Assembly: GCA_013152925.1 (NCBI GenBank) | Contig: JAADFK010000118.1 | Location: 1-59,083, forward strand | From: Acidobacteriota bacterium | GTDB taxonomy: Bacteria; Acidobacteriota; Thermoanaerobaculia; Thermoanaerobaculales; Sulfomarinibacteraceae | DNA: 59,083 nt | Reading direction: 5' to 3' | Shown here: positions 44,165-53,951 of the stretch, piece by piece | Numbering within the stretch: position 1 is the stretch's first letter | Layout of the letters: the number at the start of each line of letters is the position of its first letter | Notes under the pieces: generated by a model | Databases searched by the model: none | What the model was told of the DNA's origin: nothing | The model's input: the letters and a program-made list of their open reading frames with translations, nothing else | Translations under genes and position numbers: made by a program

Positions 44165-44193
44165 CTTATACGCCCCGCGTCAGGGAAGGTCAA
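44165..44193 (-). promoter_or_regulatory. sigma70 promoter of gdhA
   Basis: TTGACC-N17-TATAAG on the minus strand. Confidence 0.7.
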
Positions 44194-44209
44194 CCCCTCG
44201 GCCGCGAAT

Positions 44210-44227
44210 TTGTGAACACATTCACAA
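44210..44227. promoter_or_regulatory. Rex-box / CRP-type palindrome
   Basis: TTGTGAA-CACA-TTCACAA fits both the Rex consensus and TGTGA-N6-TCACA. Confidence 0.75.
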
Positions 44228-44264
44228 GTCCGTGGCATTCCACCCTTCCACGTCCTGCTATGCT

Positions 44265-44446
44265 GGTCCCGGAAAGTCCGGCGGGGCAACCTGGTGAGAA
44301 ACCAGGGCGGTCGCGCCGCCGTAAGGGGAGGGGTCGCGCGACCCCTCGGGAACCGACGCCACCGGGATGGAACCCCGGGAAGGCGCCCGGGTCCGGATCG
44401 GGCGGGAAGCTCGACGGACCTCCCGAGCCGGAACACCCGCCGGGCC
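44265..44446 (+). ncRNA. Cobalamin riboswitch
   Basis: GGG.AA.CTGGTG.GAAACCAG..CGG.CGCGCCGCCGTAA, GCCACCGGG...CCCGGGAAGGC, B12-box GAGCCGGAACACCCGCC; lies upstream of btuF-like genes. Confidence 0.85.
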
Positions 44447-44502
44447 GGGCCCGCCGTGAAGACGGCGGGGGCCCCCGCGCCTGGGGCCGGAGGTGGTAGC
44501 GC

Positions 44503-45363
44503 ATGAGAGCTCGAAGGAGCAGAATCCTCGCCGGCATGCTTGTGTCGATGGTGGCCACGGCCTGGGCCGCCGGACCACGGCGTGTCATCTCTTTGGGTCC
44601 CAGCCTGACGGAAACCGTCTTCGCCCTGGGGTGCAGTGATCGCGTCGCCGGTGTCGGCGACTACGCCCAGTGGCCCCCCGAGGTCCGGAAGCTTCCCCGC
44701 CTCGGCGGTCTGTACAACCCCAGTCTGGAGCGGATCCTCGCCCTTGAGCCCGACCTCGTCCTCCTTCCCTCTCCCATGCCCCGGCTCCAGGCCGCCTGCC
44801 GCCGGGCCGGCGTTACCGTGGCGATCGTTCCCGTCAGGAGCCTTCACGGCGTTCTGGCCGCCATCGAGCGAGTGGCAAAGCTCCTTCACTGCCCGGAGCG
44901 GGGCCGCGCCCTGGCGGCTTCCATCTCGCGCAGGCTCGCCGCCGTCCGCCACCGCACGGCAGGTCTCCCGCGCCGGCGTGTCCTGCTCCAGGTGGGACAG
45001 GCGCCGGGACCCGGCCTTCAGGGGATGACCGTGGCTGGAGGTGGGACCTTCCTGTCGGATCTCGCGGCGGCCGCCGGCGGCACCAACGTTTTCCAAGATC
45101 CCGGGATGCGCTATTTCCGGCCCTCGCTGGAGAGCGTCGTCACGGCCCGGCCCGAGGTCGTCCTGCTCTTCGACGCCTCGGCGCCCGACCCGCGGGCGGC
45201 CGGCGAGGCAGCCCGGAAAGCTTGGGCGGCCCTCCTGCCGCCCCCTCGGACCCCGGAGGTCCACGTGCTGACGGACCAGGTCTTCGTCCTTCCCGGACCC
45301 AGGGTGGCCGAAGCCGCCGAAGGTCTTGAGCGCCGTCTTCACCCGGGAGCCACGGCCCCATGA
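44503..45363 (+). CDS. btuF: Cobalamin ABC transporter substrate-binding protein (BtuF-like)
   Basis: RRVISLGPSLTETVFALG, P.LERILALEPDLV, PGPRV; follows the B12 riboswitch. Confidence 0.8.
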   Translation: MRARRSRILAGMLVSMVATAWAAGPRRVISLGPSLTETVFALGCSDRVAGVGDYAQWPPEVRKLPRLGGLYNPSLERILALEPDLVLLPSPMPRLQAACRRAGVTVAIVPVRSLHGVLAAIERVAKLLHCPERGRALAASISRRLAAVRHRTAGLPRRRVLLQVGQAPGPGLQGMTVAGGGTFLSDLAAAAGGTNVFQDPGMRYFRPSLESVVTARPEVVLLFDASAPDPRAAGEAARKAWAALLPPPRTPEVHVLTDQVFVLPGPRVAEAAEGLERRLHPGATAP

Positions 45364-46148
45364 AGCTCCGGACCTCCGAGCTGATCTTCTCCTGGGACCC
45401 CACCGTGCCGCCGGCCATCGACACGCTCTCCCTGGAGCTGTCCCCCGGCCAGCTGACCGTGGTGGCCGGTCCCAACGGCAGTGGCAAATCGACCCTCCTG
45501 GCGCTCCTGTCCGGCTTGATCCAGCCGGACGCCGGCATCGTGGAGCTGGACGGCGCCGCCATGACGCGGATCCCACGGCGGCAACGGGCCCGCCTGCTGG
45601 CGTACCTGCCGCAACAGGTGACGCCCCTGTACGATCTTTCCGTGCGCGAGCTGGTGGCCTCCGGGCGCTATCCATGGGCAGGCCCCTGGGGAGGGGCCGA
45701 CCCCGGCCGTGACGACGCGGTTCGCCGCGCCTTGGAGGCCACCGACACCGTGCACCTGGCCCACCGGGGCTTCGGCTCCCTTTCCGGCGGGGAGCGCCAG
45801 CGTTGCCTGGTCGCCGCCGTGCTGGCCCAGGAACCGCGGTGGCTCCTCCTGGACGAGCCAACGGCTTCCCTGGACCTCCACCATGCCGCGGGGGTCTTCC
45901 GCGTCCTTCAGCGGACAGCCCGGCAGGGGCGCGGCGTCGTGGCCGTCACCCACGACCTCAACCTCGCCGGCCTCTTCGCCGATCGCATCGTTCTCCTCTC
46001 GGGCGGACGAAAACACGCCGAGGGCTCTGCGGAGCAGGTGTTGCGCCAGGAGGTGCTCGCGGCGGCCTACGGTGCCGAGCTCGTCGTCGTCCGACACCCC
46101 GTCAGCGGCCGGCCGGCCGTGCTGCCCGGCCCGGCGGAGGCCCCATGA
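45360..46148 (+). CDS. ABC transporter ATP-binding protein (BtuD/FecE-like)
   Basis: GPNGSGKST, LSGGERQR, LLLDEPT, THDLN. Confidence 0.92.
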   Translation: MKLRTSELIFSWDPTVPPAIDTLSLELSPGQLTVVAGPNGSGKSTLLALLSGLIQPDAGIVELDGAAMTRIPRRQRARLLAYLPQQVTPLYDLSVRELVASGRYPWAGPWGGADPGRDDAVRRALEATDTVHLAHRGFGSLSGGERQRCLVAAVLAQEPRWLLLDEPTASLDLHHAAGVFRVLQRTARQGRGVVAVTHDLNLAGLFADRIVLLSGGRKHAEGSAEQVLRQEVLAAAYGAELVVVRHPVSGRPAVLPGPAEAP

Positions 46149-47161
46149 GCCGCGGCGGGCGCCTCGTCTGGACAGCCCTGGTGCTCCTGGCCCTGGCCGT
46201 ACCCCTCGCTGCCCCCCTCCTGGGACCGGTGCACCTGGCGCCCCACCAGCTGCTGGATGCCGTCCTTCATCCGGCCACCGCCGATCCCCTGGCCGTCCAG
46301 ATCCTCGGCCTGCGCCTCCCGCGGACCGTCCTGGCGTTCCTGGCGGGCGCCTGTTTGGCCGTGGCCGGGGCCGCCTTCCAGACCCTGCTCGGCAACCCCC
46401 TGGCCACCCCCTACACCGTTGGCGTCGCCTCGGCCGGCTCCTTCGGTGCGTTCCTCGCCCTGGCCTTCCCCTCCCTCGCGCTGCTGGGGCCCCTGGGCTC
46501 CGTGCCGGTCCAGGCCCTCCTGTGGGCCTCCCTCGAGCTGGTCTTCCTGGTCGCCCTGGCGCGAAGGGCCCAGTGGGGGCCGACGGCGCTGGTCCTGGCC
46601 GGGGTCACCCTCAACTTCCTCTTCGCCGGCGCCACACTGCTGGTGCGGCTCGTGGCCAGCCCCTTCCGGCTCGCGGCGATGGAGCGCTGGCTGATGGGAT
46701 CTCTCGATGTGGTCGGCTGGACGCCCGTGGTCACGACGGCTTTCCTGGCCCTGCCGGCTCTCCTCGTGCTGGGCGCCTCGGCGCCTGTGCTGGACCAGCT
46801 GGCCCTGGGCCCGGGCATGGCCCATGGCCGCGGCGTCTCCGTCCGGCGGTGGCAACCGGTCATCCTGGCCGCCGGCGCCTGGGTGACGGCCGCCATCGTC
46901 GCCCGTACCGGACCCATCGCCTTCGTCGGGCTGGTGGTACCCCACGCCGTCCGCGCGGTTTTCGGCGCGGCCCATCGGCGCGTTTTCACCGCCGGCGCCC
47001 TGGCCGGAGGCGCCGGCCTCGTCCTCTGCGATACCCTGGCGCGGACCCTATCCCTGCCCGGCGGCGGCGAGATCCCAGTGGGCGTTCTCACGGCCCTGAT
47101 CGGCGGCCCCGTCTTCCTCCTCCTCCTCTCCCGCCGCTTCGGCACCACCCCACGTGCCTGA
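46145..47161 (+). CDS. FecCD/BtuC-family ABC permease
   Basis: LRLPR, Q.LLGNPLA.PY..GV.S, GPIAFVGLVVPH, EIPVGV.TALIGGP. Confidence 0.92.
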   Translation: MSRGGRLVWTALVLLALAVPLAAPLLGPVHLAPHQLLDAVLHPATADPLAVQILGLRLPRTVLAFLAGACLAVAGAAFQTLLGNPLATPYTVGVASAGSFGAFLALAFPSLALLGPLGSVPVQALLWASLELVFLVALARRAQWGPTALVLAGVTLNFLFAGATLLVRLVASPFRLAAMERWLMGSLDVVGWTPVVTTAFLALPALLVLGASAPVLDQLALGPGMAHGRGVSVRRWQPVILAAGAWVTAAIVARTGPIAFVGLVVPHAVRAVFGAAHRRVFTAGALAGGAGLVLCDTLARTLSLPGGGEIPVGVLTALIGGPVFLLLLSRRFGTTPRA

Positions 47162-47177
47162 GCTCCGGCCGCCCTTC

Positions 47178-47412
47178 CCGTGGAGTGCCACTCACGCACT
47201 TCTCTCCTCGGCGTCAAGGGATCGCCGGCGCGCTTGGGAGAAGTACGTGGGCGGCACGTCCCGTCCGGCTGTCCCTTCGCCCGGGGAGTGGGTTCACCAC
47301 CCCGACCGGAGCAGGTCGCGACGGGTGGCACGTGCCAACCATGTACTTCTCCCGATGTCGTTTAGCTCCACCGTGACGTCGAGGGGAGAAGTGCATGATT
47401 GGCACTGCACGG
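47178..47412. repeat. 235-nt nested inverted repeat (REPIN/MITE-like)
   Basis: Outer arms 47178-47216 / 47374-47412 (39 bp, 5 mismatches); inner arms 47234-47259 / 47330-47355 (26 bp, 4 mismatches). Confidence 0.8.
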
Positions 47413-47527
47413 CGACACCGGTGGCAGAAGGTGTCGGCCCTCCTGAGAAGCGTCCCGCACCGGACTCCGGCGGGCGCCTTCGACGCCTCGTCCTTCCGAC
47501 GACGTTGCGCCCGCCGGAGGAGGACGG

Positions 47528-47564
47528 CGTTACCTTGCGGACGCTTCCGGTCCGCAAGGTAACG
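47528..47564. repeat. Perfect 15-bp stem hairpin
   Basis: cgttaccttgcggac-gcttccg-gtccgcaaggtaacg. Confidence 0.65.
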
Positions 47565-47628
47565 GACGCCGGAGCTGAACGAAGAGGCGTCCCGCAGGTT
47601 TCCGCCGGCGCGTGTCTATACTGCCGCC

Positions 47629-48759
47629 ATGACCGCACCGCTTCGCATCGTGCATGCCCTGGAGAAGAACCGGCTGACCACGGGGTCGGTGGTGCAGATG
47701 CTGGAGGCGGCGCGCGGGCTGGCCGCGCGGGGCCATCGCGTCACGGTTGTCAGCCGGCCGGGGGGCGATCTCGAGGCCGCCTGCGGCGGGGACAGCCTGG
47801 AGTTCCTGCCCCTTCCGCTGCGCAGCGAATTCGACCTGGGCTCGGCCCGCGCCTGGCGCCGGGCCATGAGGGCTGAGCGGCCGGACATCGTCCACGTCCA
47901 CAAGGGGAGGCCCCACTCGCTGGCCCTGCTCGCCGCAGCGGGGTTGGGGCCGCGGCCGGTGCTGGTGGTCAACCGCGGCGTCTCCTTTCCGCTGGATCCC
48001 TTCAACAAGTGGAAGTACCGCCACCCGCGCGTGGGCGCCGTCGTCTGCGTGGCCGAGGCCATCCGGGAGATCGTCATCCGCTCCGGCGGCCTGCCGCCAG
48101 AGAAGGTCCAGACCATCCACGCGGGAACGGACACGTCCCGATTCGACCCCGCCCGCGTGGACACCACGGCCGTCCGGCGGGAGCTCGGCCTCGGACCGGA
48201 CGAGCTGCTGGTCACCCAGGTCTCGGTGCGGGACTGGAAGGGCTGGCGCGAGCTCGCGGAGGCCTTCGCGCTCGTGGCGGACACCCATCCACGCGCCCGC
48301 CTGCTGCTCGTGGGGTGCGAGCCCGAGGCCGAGCGGGAGAAGGTCGTCTCGGCCGCCGGGGAGTTGGGGACCGCGGACCGGCTCCTGACGCTGCCCTACC
48401 GCACGGATATGCCCGAGGTGCTCGGGGCCTCGGACATCGTCGCCGACGCCTCCTGGGCCGGCACGGGTATCACCGGCACCATCCGCGAGGCCATGGCCAT
48501 GGAGCGTGCCGTGCTCGCCACCGACTGTGCCGGCAACCGCGAGCTCGTCCTCGACGGCGAGGTGGGGCTTCTGGTTCCCCAGAAGGACGTGGCCGCCCTG
48601 GCCTCGGCCCTCGACCGGCTCCTGTCCGATGCCGCGCTGCGGGATCGCATGGGGGCAGCCGGCCGGCGCCGGGTGCTTGAGGGGTTTTCGACCGAGGTCC
48701 GGCTCCAGCGGCTTGAAGATCTCTACATCCGGCTCTGTGCTGAGCCGCGCCGACATTGA
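47629..48759 (+). CDS. Glycosyltransferase family 4 (GT-B)
   Basis: ARGHRVTVV, PDIVHVH, WKG, EAMA....VLATD..GN.ELV.DG..GLLVP. Confidence 0.9.
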   Translation: MTAPLRIVHALEKNRLTTGSVVQMLEAARGLAARGHRVTVVSRPGGDLEAACGGDSLEFLPLPLRSEFDLGSARAWRRAMRAERPDIVHVHKGRPHSLALLAAAGLGPRPVLVVNRGVSFPLDPFNKWKYRHPRVGAVVCVAEAIREIVIRSGGLPPEKVQTIHAGTDTSRFDPARVDTTAVRRELGLGPDELLVTQVSVRDWKGWRELAEAFALVADTHPRARLLLVGCEPEAEREKVVSAAGELGTADRLLTLPYRTDMPEVLGASDIVADASWAGTGITGTIREAMAMERAVLATDCAGNRELVLDGEVGLLVPQKDVAALASALDRLLSDAALRDRMGAAGRRRVLEGFSTEVRLQRLEDLYIRLCAEPRRH

Positions 48760-48803
48760 TCGCGGGGCTGCCCGGCTCCTCGCCGGCTGCGGCTCCCGGG
48801 CGC

Positions 48804-50156
48804 TCACCGGCGGTTTCCGAGGGATTGGAACCGTTCCAGGGCACGCGCCGTCGGCCGCGACCTGGAGATCCTCGCCGTGAAGTACACGAGATCGAAGGCC
48901 TCACTGGGTACGAGGACTGCCTCGGTGTCCTGGGCGCGCCACCCTCGAGGCTGCCCGAGCCAGTCCTCGGCGGCGGAGCCACGCTCCACATCCCGCAGAT
49001 CGGTCAGGAAGAGGGGCGCTCCAACCCGGGCCATGGCGCCATCCATGGTGTCTTCGGGGGGCCTGTCGAAGTGGCGCTCCCCCGGGGGAAGGCTGGCCGG
49101 GAAAGAACCCGTTCCGAAGGTACCACCGATGGCGAGGTAGCGTTCTCCAAGCTGTTTGCTCAGCTCGATTCCCATCGGCTCCAACGGCCCCTCCGCGAGG
49201 CCTGGCATCCGAAAGGGCGCCTTGGCCACGTGCAGGTTGTGGGCCCAGAGGATCGCCCTGCCACCGGGAGCCTCCCGCTCGAGAATCCACAGGATGGCTT
49301 GCGCCATGCCGTGCTCCCGGATGATCCCGCCCTTCTCCCGGTCAGCGGATGAGAAGAGCTTGTTTCCCATCCTCCCGACCTCGGCCAGCCACAGAAGCCG
49401 GTCAGACTCGGACTTCGAGAAAACCGGGGCAAGCCTGTCCCTGCTGGCCCCGACAAGCCTCACGAGCTCCTCGTAGCTCTCGGCCAACTCCTCTCGCCGC
49501 CTTTCCGGCAGAGCCGCATACCGTTCCCACGTGGCCGGCCAGAAGTCACCCTCCTGGAGATCAAGGCCGAGGGTTCCGCCGTCCAGCCGAACACCGACCC
49601 CGGCCGATCTCAGGGAATCGAGAACGGTGCGAACCCCAGGGGCGGGCGCTGTGATGTCCATGCCAAAGACGCGAACCCGTCGATCCGGCGGGCGGCTCTC
49701 GTTGAAGGTCCGGAGCCAACGCATGAGGTCCAGCATCTCCTCCGTGTCCCAGAGGTACCAGCCCGCCAGGCGGCTCATGATCTCTTGCAGGTCGCCTTCC
49801 CCGGACGAAACGTACCGGTCGAGGGACTGTGCGTGCGGGAAGCTTTCCTCCAGGATCAGGACACGGAATCCCAGCTCTTCCACCAGGTGGCGGACCAGGA
49901 GCTTCTTGAGCAGGAGTTGCTCCCGGGTGTCGTGCCGGCTCTCGCCGAGGCCTATGACCGTTGCCCCTGCGATGGAAGCGCGGAGCGCCCCGCGGGTGAT
50001 CGCAGGCAGTGGTGCGTCGAAGCTTCCAATGGGGATCAAGTGCCTGGAGGTCCAGCCGATGAAGCTCCGGGTTGCCGACGGCCTGCTCCCGGCGCCCCCA
50101 CATGCGAGGCTGACCGCCAGGAGGCCGTGCAGAAGAACCCGCCTTATCTGGAACAT
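48804..50156 (-). CDS. Erythromycin esterase family lipoprotein
   Basis: Lipobox SLAC; IGLGESRH...E, LVEELGFRVLILEE, W.TEEM, FGMD, LWAHNLHV. Start could instead be 50186. Confidence 0.85.
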   Translation of the reverse strand: MFQIRRVLLHGLLAVSLACGGAGSRPSATRSFIGWTSRHLIPIGSFDAPLPAITRGALRASIAGATVIGLGESRHDTREQLLLKKLLVRHLVEELGFRVLILEESFPHAQSLDRYVSSGEGDLQEIMSRLAGWYLWDTEEMLDLMRWLRTFNESRPPDRRVRVFGMDITAPAPGVRTVLDSLRSAGVGVRLDGGTLGLDLQEGDFWPATWERYAALPERRREELAESYEELVRLVGASRDRLAPVFSKSESDRLLWLAEVGRMGNKLFSSADREKGGIIREHGMAQAILWILEREAPGGRAILWAHNLHVAKAPFRMPGLAEGPLEPMGIELSKQLGERYLAIGGTFGTGSFPASLPPGERHFDRPPEDTMDGAMARVGAPLFLTDLRDVERGSAAEDWLGQPRGWRAQDTEAVLVPSEAFDLVYFTARISRSRPTARALERFQSLGNRR

Positions 50157-50443
50157 CCCCGCCAGTATATCAGCAGGAAGGGCCATGCCGCCGCGCAGGC
50201 ACACAGATCCCGCGTGAGGGCCGGGAGCTGCGGGTCGTTTCCCTCGGGAGACCCATCGGCCGCCGCTCCCTCGGCCAAGGTCCATGAGGGGTGTGTCCCG
50301 CGTCCCGGGACATCCCATCGATCCCCGGCCTCCGCGGATTCCTTGGAACGGAAAGGGATCCCTTCTGTACAGGTTTCGGCGCCCATGGATACGTCGAGGG
50401 GGCCATGCGGCCCCCTCGACTCTGTCTTGACATGGGAAGAAGC

Positions 50444-52699
50444 TCAGGCGTCGTTCCGCGTGCCGTTCACGGACCAACCGGTTTTCAAACCGACGACGAA
50501 GAGCACGAGGCCCACCATCCCCAGGGCGAACAGGCTGTCACCTGGCACACGCATCCATCGGAGGGTCTGCAGGAATGGCTGCTGGAGGAACTCCGCGGAG
50601 CGCGCGTACCACAAACCGTCCTTGATGGAAGCCACGGCCTGTGCTATGCCCACGGGCAGCAGGCTCAGCAGCACCATCATTGCCAGGCCGATGTTGAGCG
50701 CCCAGAAGGAGAAGCCCAGCAGCTTGGACTTCCAGACGACGCGCGGGCTCATGGCCCGGAGGCTGAAGAGCATCAGCCCGATTCCCAGCATGCCGTAGAC
50801 CCCGAAGAGGGCCGTGTGGCCGTGCACCGGGGTCGTGTTGAGCCCCTGCAGGTAGTAGAGAGAGATGGGCGGATTGATCAGGAAGCCGAAGAGGCCGGCA
50901 CCCACCAGGTTCCAAAATGCGACAGCGACGAAGAAGTAGATCGGCCAGCGATAGTTCTGGACCCACTCTGCGGCCCGGGACTCCCGAAGGCTCTTCATCG
51001 CCTCGAAGCCAACCAGCACCAGGGGCACGATCTCCAGGGCGGAGAAGACGGCACCCCAGGCCAGCACGCCCGTGGGGGTGCCGGCGAAGTAGAGGTGGTG
51101 CATGGTCCCGATGATCCCGCCGGTCAGGTAGATGGTGCTGGAAAAGATGGCCGCCTTCCCGGCAGTGCTGGCTCGGACCAGTCCCATGCGGGCGAAGAGG
51201 AAGGCGATCACCACCGTGGCGAAGACCTCGAAGAAGCCCTCGACCCACAGGTGGACGACCCACCAGCGCCAGTACTCTGCGATGCTCAGGGGCGTGTGCT
51301 GTCCCCACATCAGGCCGGCGCCGTAAAAGAGGCCGATGGCCGCGGAGGCCAGCACGAAAAGCCTGAGCAGGGCCCCGCTCTCCCTGTCCGATCTCAGTGC
51401 CGGCAGAAGGGCTCGAACGAGGAGGAACAGCCAGATGAACAACCCGGCGAAGAGGAAGGCCTGCCAGAACCGCCCGAGCTCCACGTACTCGTAGCCCTGA
51501 TGCCCGAACCAGAAGTTCGTGCCCAGGTCCAGCTTCTGCATGGCGCCCATCCACTCGCCCGCCATGGAGCCGCCGACGATGACCAGGAGCGCCACGAAGA
51601 GGACATTGACGCCGAGACGCTGGAGCTTCGGCTCCTTGCCGCCGACGGCCGGTGCGATGAACAACCCCGTGGCCAGCCAGGCGGTGGCGATCCAGAAGAT
51701 GCCCGTCTGGATGTGCCACGTCCGGGTCACCGAGTAGGGGAGCCAGCGGGCCAGGTCGATTCCGAAGAAGCCCTGGCCCTCCACGCCGTAGTGTGCGGTG
51801 ATGATCCCGACCCCGATCTGGACGAGCATCAGCAGGCAGACGACCCAGAAGTACTTGGTCGTGGCCCTCATGGAAGGCGTCGGTTGAAGGCCGAGGAGCG
51901 GATCCGTTTCGGGCACGGCCGTGGGCTCCTCGTCGCGGCCGGCCGCCATGTACCAGACCAGGGCGCCGATTCCCGCCAGAAGACCGACGATGCTGACGAA
52001 GGACCAGATGAAGAGGGGTGCCTGGGGCGTGTTGCCCACCAGCTCGTCCGGCGGCCAGTTGTTGGTGTAGCTGACCGTGCTGCCCGGCCGCGAGGCGGTG
52101 CAGGCCCAGGAGGTCCAGAAGAAGAAGGCCTCCAGGGCCTTCCGCCGGGCCGGATCGGCAACGGTGGGTTTCCGCATGGCGTAGTCCTCGCGGAGCGTGT
52201 CCAGGGAAGGGTCGTCGCCGAAGAGGCCATCGTAGTGCCTTACGACCTGGGCGACCGCCTGGGCCCGGATGGGTGAGATCACCAGGTCTCCCGTGGCCGG
52301 ATCGTAGGTGTTCCTCCGAAGCTCCCCCTGCACAATCTCTCGAAGCGCCGCCTGCGCCGGGGCGTCGAGCCCGCCATAGGCCTTGCCGTACCTCTCCTGC
52401 GCCATCAGGTCGAGGAGGGCCACCGCCTCGCGGTGGAGCCAGTCCGCCGACCAATCCGGGGCCACGTAGGCCCCGTGGCCCCACACCGAGCCCAGATCCT
52501 GCCCCCCCGTGCTCTGCCAGACGTTCTGCCCCTCCCGGATCCCCTCACCCGTGAAGACAACCTGCCCGTCGCTCGTGATCACCCGCTTGGGAATCGGCGG
52601 GGCCTGAACGTAGATCTGATAGCCGTAGTAGCCCAACACCGCGAACGAGAGGACCACGACCGCGGCGAACCCGAACCAGAGTTTCCGTGTTGATCTCAT
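50444..52699 (-). CDS. norZ: Quinol-dependent nitric oxide reductase (qNor)
   Basis: GSVWGHGAYVAPDWSADWLH, YTNNWP, RWWVVHLWVEGFFEVF, GTMHHLY, HGHTALFGVYG. Confidence 0.95.
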   Translation of the reverse strand: MRSTRKLWFGFAAVVVLSFAVLGYYGYQIYVQAPPIPKRVITSDGQVVFTGEGIREGQNVWQSTGGQDLGSVWGHGAYVAPDWSADWLHREAVALLDLMAQERYGKAYGGLDAPAQAALREIVQGELRRNTYDPATGDLVISPIRAQAVAQVVRHYDGLFGDDPSLDTLREDYAMRKPTVADPARRKALEAFFFWTSWACTASRPGSTVSYTNNWPPDELVGNTPQAPLFIWSFVSIVGLLAGIGALVWYMAAGRDEEPTAVPETDPLLGLQPTPSMRATTKYFWVVCLLMLVQIGVGIITAHYGVEGQGFFGIDLARWLPYSVTRTWHIQTGIFWIATAWLATGLFIAPAVGGKEPKLQRLGVNVLFVALLVIVGGSMAGEWMGAMQKLDLGTNFWFGHQGYEYVELGRFWQAFLFAGLFIWLFLLVRALLPALRSDRESGALLRLFVLASAAIGLFYGAGLMWGQHTPLSIAEYWRWWVVHLWVEGFFEVFATVVIAFLFARMGLVRASTAGKAAIFSSTIYLTGGIIGTMHHLYFAGTPTGVLAWGAVFSALEIVPLVLVGFEAMKSLRESRAAEWVQNYRWPIYFFVAVAFWNLVGAGLFGFLINPPISLYYLQGLNTTPVHGHTALFGVYGMLGIGLMLFSLRAMSPRVVWKSKLLGFSFWALNIGLAMMVLLSLLPVGIAQAVASIKDGLWYARSAEFLQQPFLQTLRWMRVPGDSLFALGMVGLVLFVVGLKTGWSVNGTRNDA

Positions 52700-52756
52700 G
52701 TGTGGCTCCTTCTTTCCTCTTTTCTCATGAATAACAATAACGTGAATGATATCTAG

Positions 52757-52780
52757 TGGAGTTCTGGATATTGAACTCCA
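52757..52780. promoter_or_regulatory. Palindromic operator candidate between norZ and the Rrf2 gene
   Basis: TGGAGTTC-N8-GAACTCCA in an AT-rich divergent intergenic region. Confidence 0.5.
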
Positions 52781-52875
52781 AATTTGACGTGAATCCTACG
52801 ATCATCTATTGTGGATGTCAAGGTCCAACTATCTCGGGGCCACGGCGGTCGACGGCCTCGCACGGAGCCAGCGTC

Positions 52876-53343
52876 ATGAACACGATCTCCCAAACGGCCG
52901 AGTACGCGCTCCGGGCTGTGGTGTGTCTGGCGGCCAGGCCCGAACGGCACCTGACGACCCGGGAGATCGCGGAGATCACCCAGGTACCGGCGGATTACCT
53001 GTCCAAGGTTCTTCAAACACTCGTCCGCGGCAAGATCGTTCGCTCACGCCGCGGCCTCGGGGGTGGCTTCACCCTGTGCTGCAAGGCCGGGGAGCTGACG
53101 ATCCTCGATGTGGTCGCCGTGGTGGATCCCATCCAGAGAATCCGGGAGTGCCCCCTCCACCTGGAGGCGCACCGCGACGCCCTGTGTCCGCTGCACCGCC
53201 GGCTCGACGAGGCCATGGCCGCCATCGAGGACAGCCTCCGCAATACCACCCTGGCCGAGATCATGAGCGACCCGGACGACCACGTGCCGCTCGGACGGGT
53301 TGCTCCCGAGGATGGATCATGGGGAGGGGCCGGCGGCAGCTGA
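52876..53343 (+). CDS. Rrf2-family transcriptional regulator
   Basis: SQTAEYALRA, YLSKVLQ.L, S.RG..GGF.L, CPLH...H...CPLH. Confidence 0.9.
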   Translation: MNTISQTAEYALRAVVCLAARPERHLTTREIAEITQVPADYLSKVLQTLVRGKIVRSRRGLGGGFTLCCKAGELTILDVVAVVDPIQRIRECPLHLEAHRDALCPLHRRLDEAMAAIEDSLRNTTLAEIMSDPDDHVPLGRVAPEDGSWGGAGGS

Positions 53344-53371
53344 GAGAACACCGGCGAGGACATTGGCCTCC

Positions 53372-53827
53372 TCAGGGGCGCTCCCGGCGGATCGCCTGGA
53401 TCATCTGATCGAGCCGTTGCAGAAACCGCGAGCGATCGCGCCTGGTCAGCGGCGGCGGACCGCCCGTTCTCTCGCCCGCACCGCGCAGCTGGGCGAGCAG
53501 CTCTCGCGTCGCCAGGGCGTCGCCGATGTTGTCATCGGTGAACGGCTTCCCACTCGGACCGAGGACCTGCGCACCGGCCCTCAGGCACCGGCCGGCGAGG
53601 ACGATGTCCGCCGTGACAACGAGGTCGCCGGATCCAACATGCTCCGCGATCCAGTCATCCGCCGCGTCGAAACCGCTCCCAACGACCTCGAGCCGGATCC
53701 ACTCTTCATCGGGGGTCCGCATCCACGAGTTGGTCACCACCGTGACCCGGAGATCGTACCGCTTCGCCACACGGTACACCTCCCCCTTGACCGGGCAGGC
53801 ATCGGCATCGATGAAAACGTGCAGCAC
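53372..53827 (-). CDS. YaiI/YqxD family protein (DUF188)
   Basis: IDADACPVK, DAADDWI, VVTADI.LA, GGP.P....DRSRF. Confidence 0.9.
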   Translation of the reverse strand: MLHVFIDADACPVKGEVYRVAKRYDLRVTVVTNSWMRTPDEEWIRLEVVGSGFDAADDWIAEHVGSGDLVVTADIVLAGRCLRAGAQVLGPSGKPFTDDNIGDALATRELLAQLRGAGERTGGPPPLTRRDRSRFLQRLDQMIQAIRRERP

Positions 53828-53951
53828 GGGTCCCTCCCCTTGTCCGGACGTCAATGCACGTGCATCGCCAGGTGCGCGGCGGTGACGAGGAGGCACCAGT
53901 CACTGGCGCCGACCATCCCCACGATGGAGACCAACGCCTCGCACACCGGCA

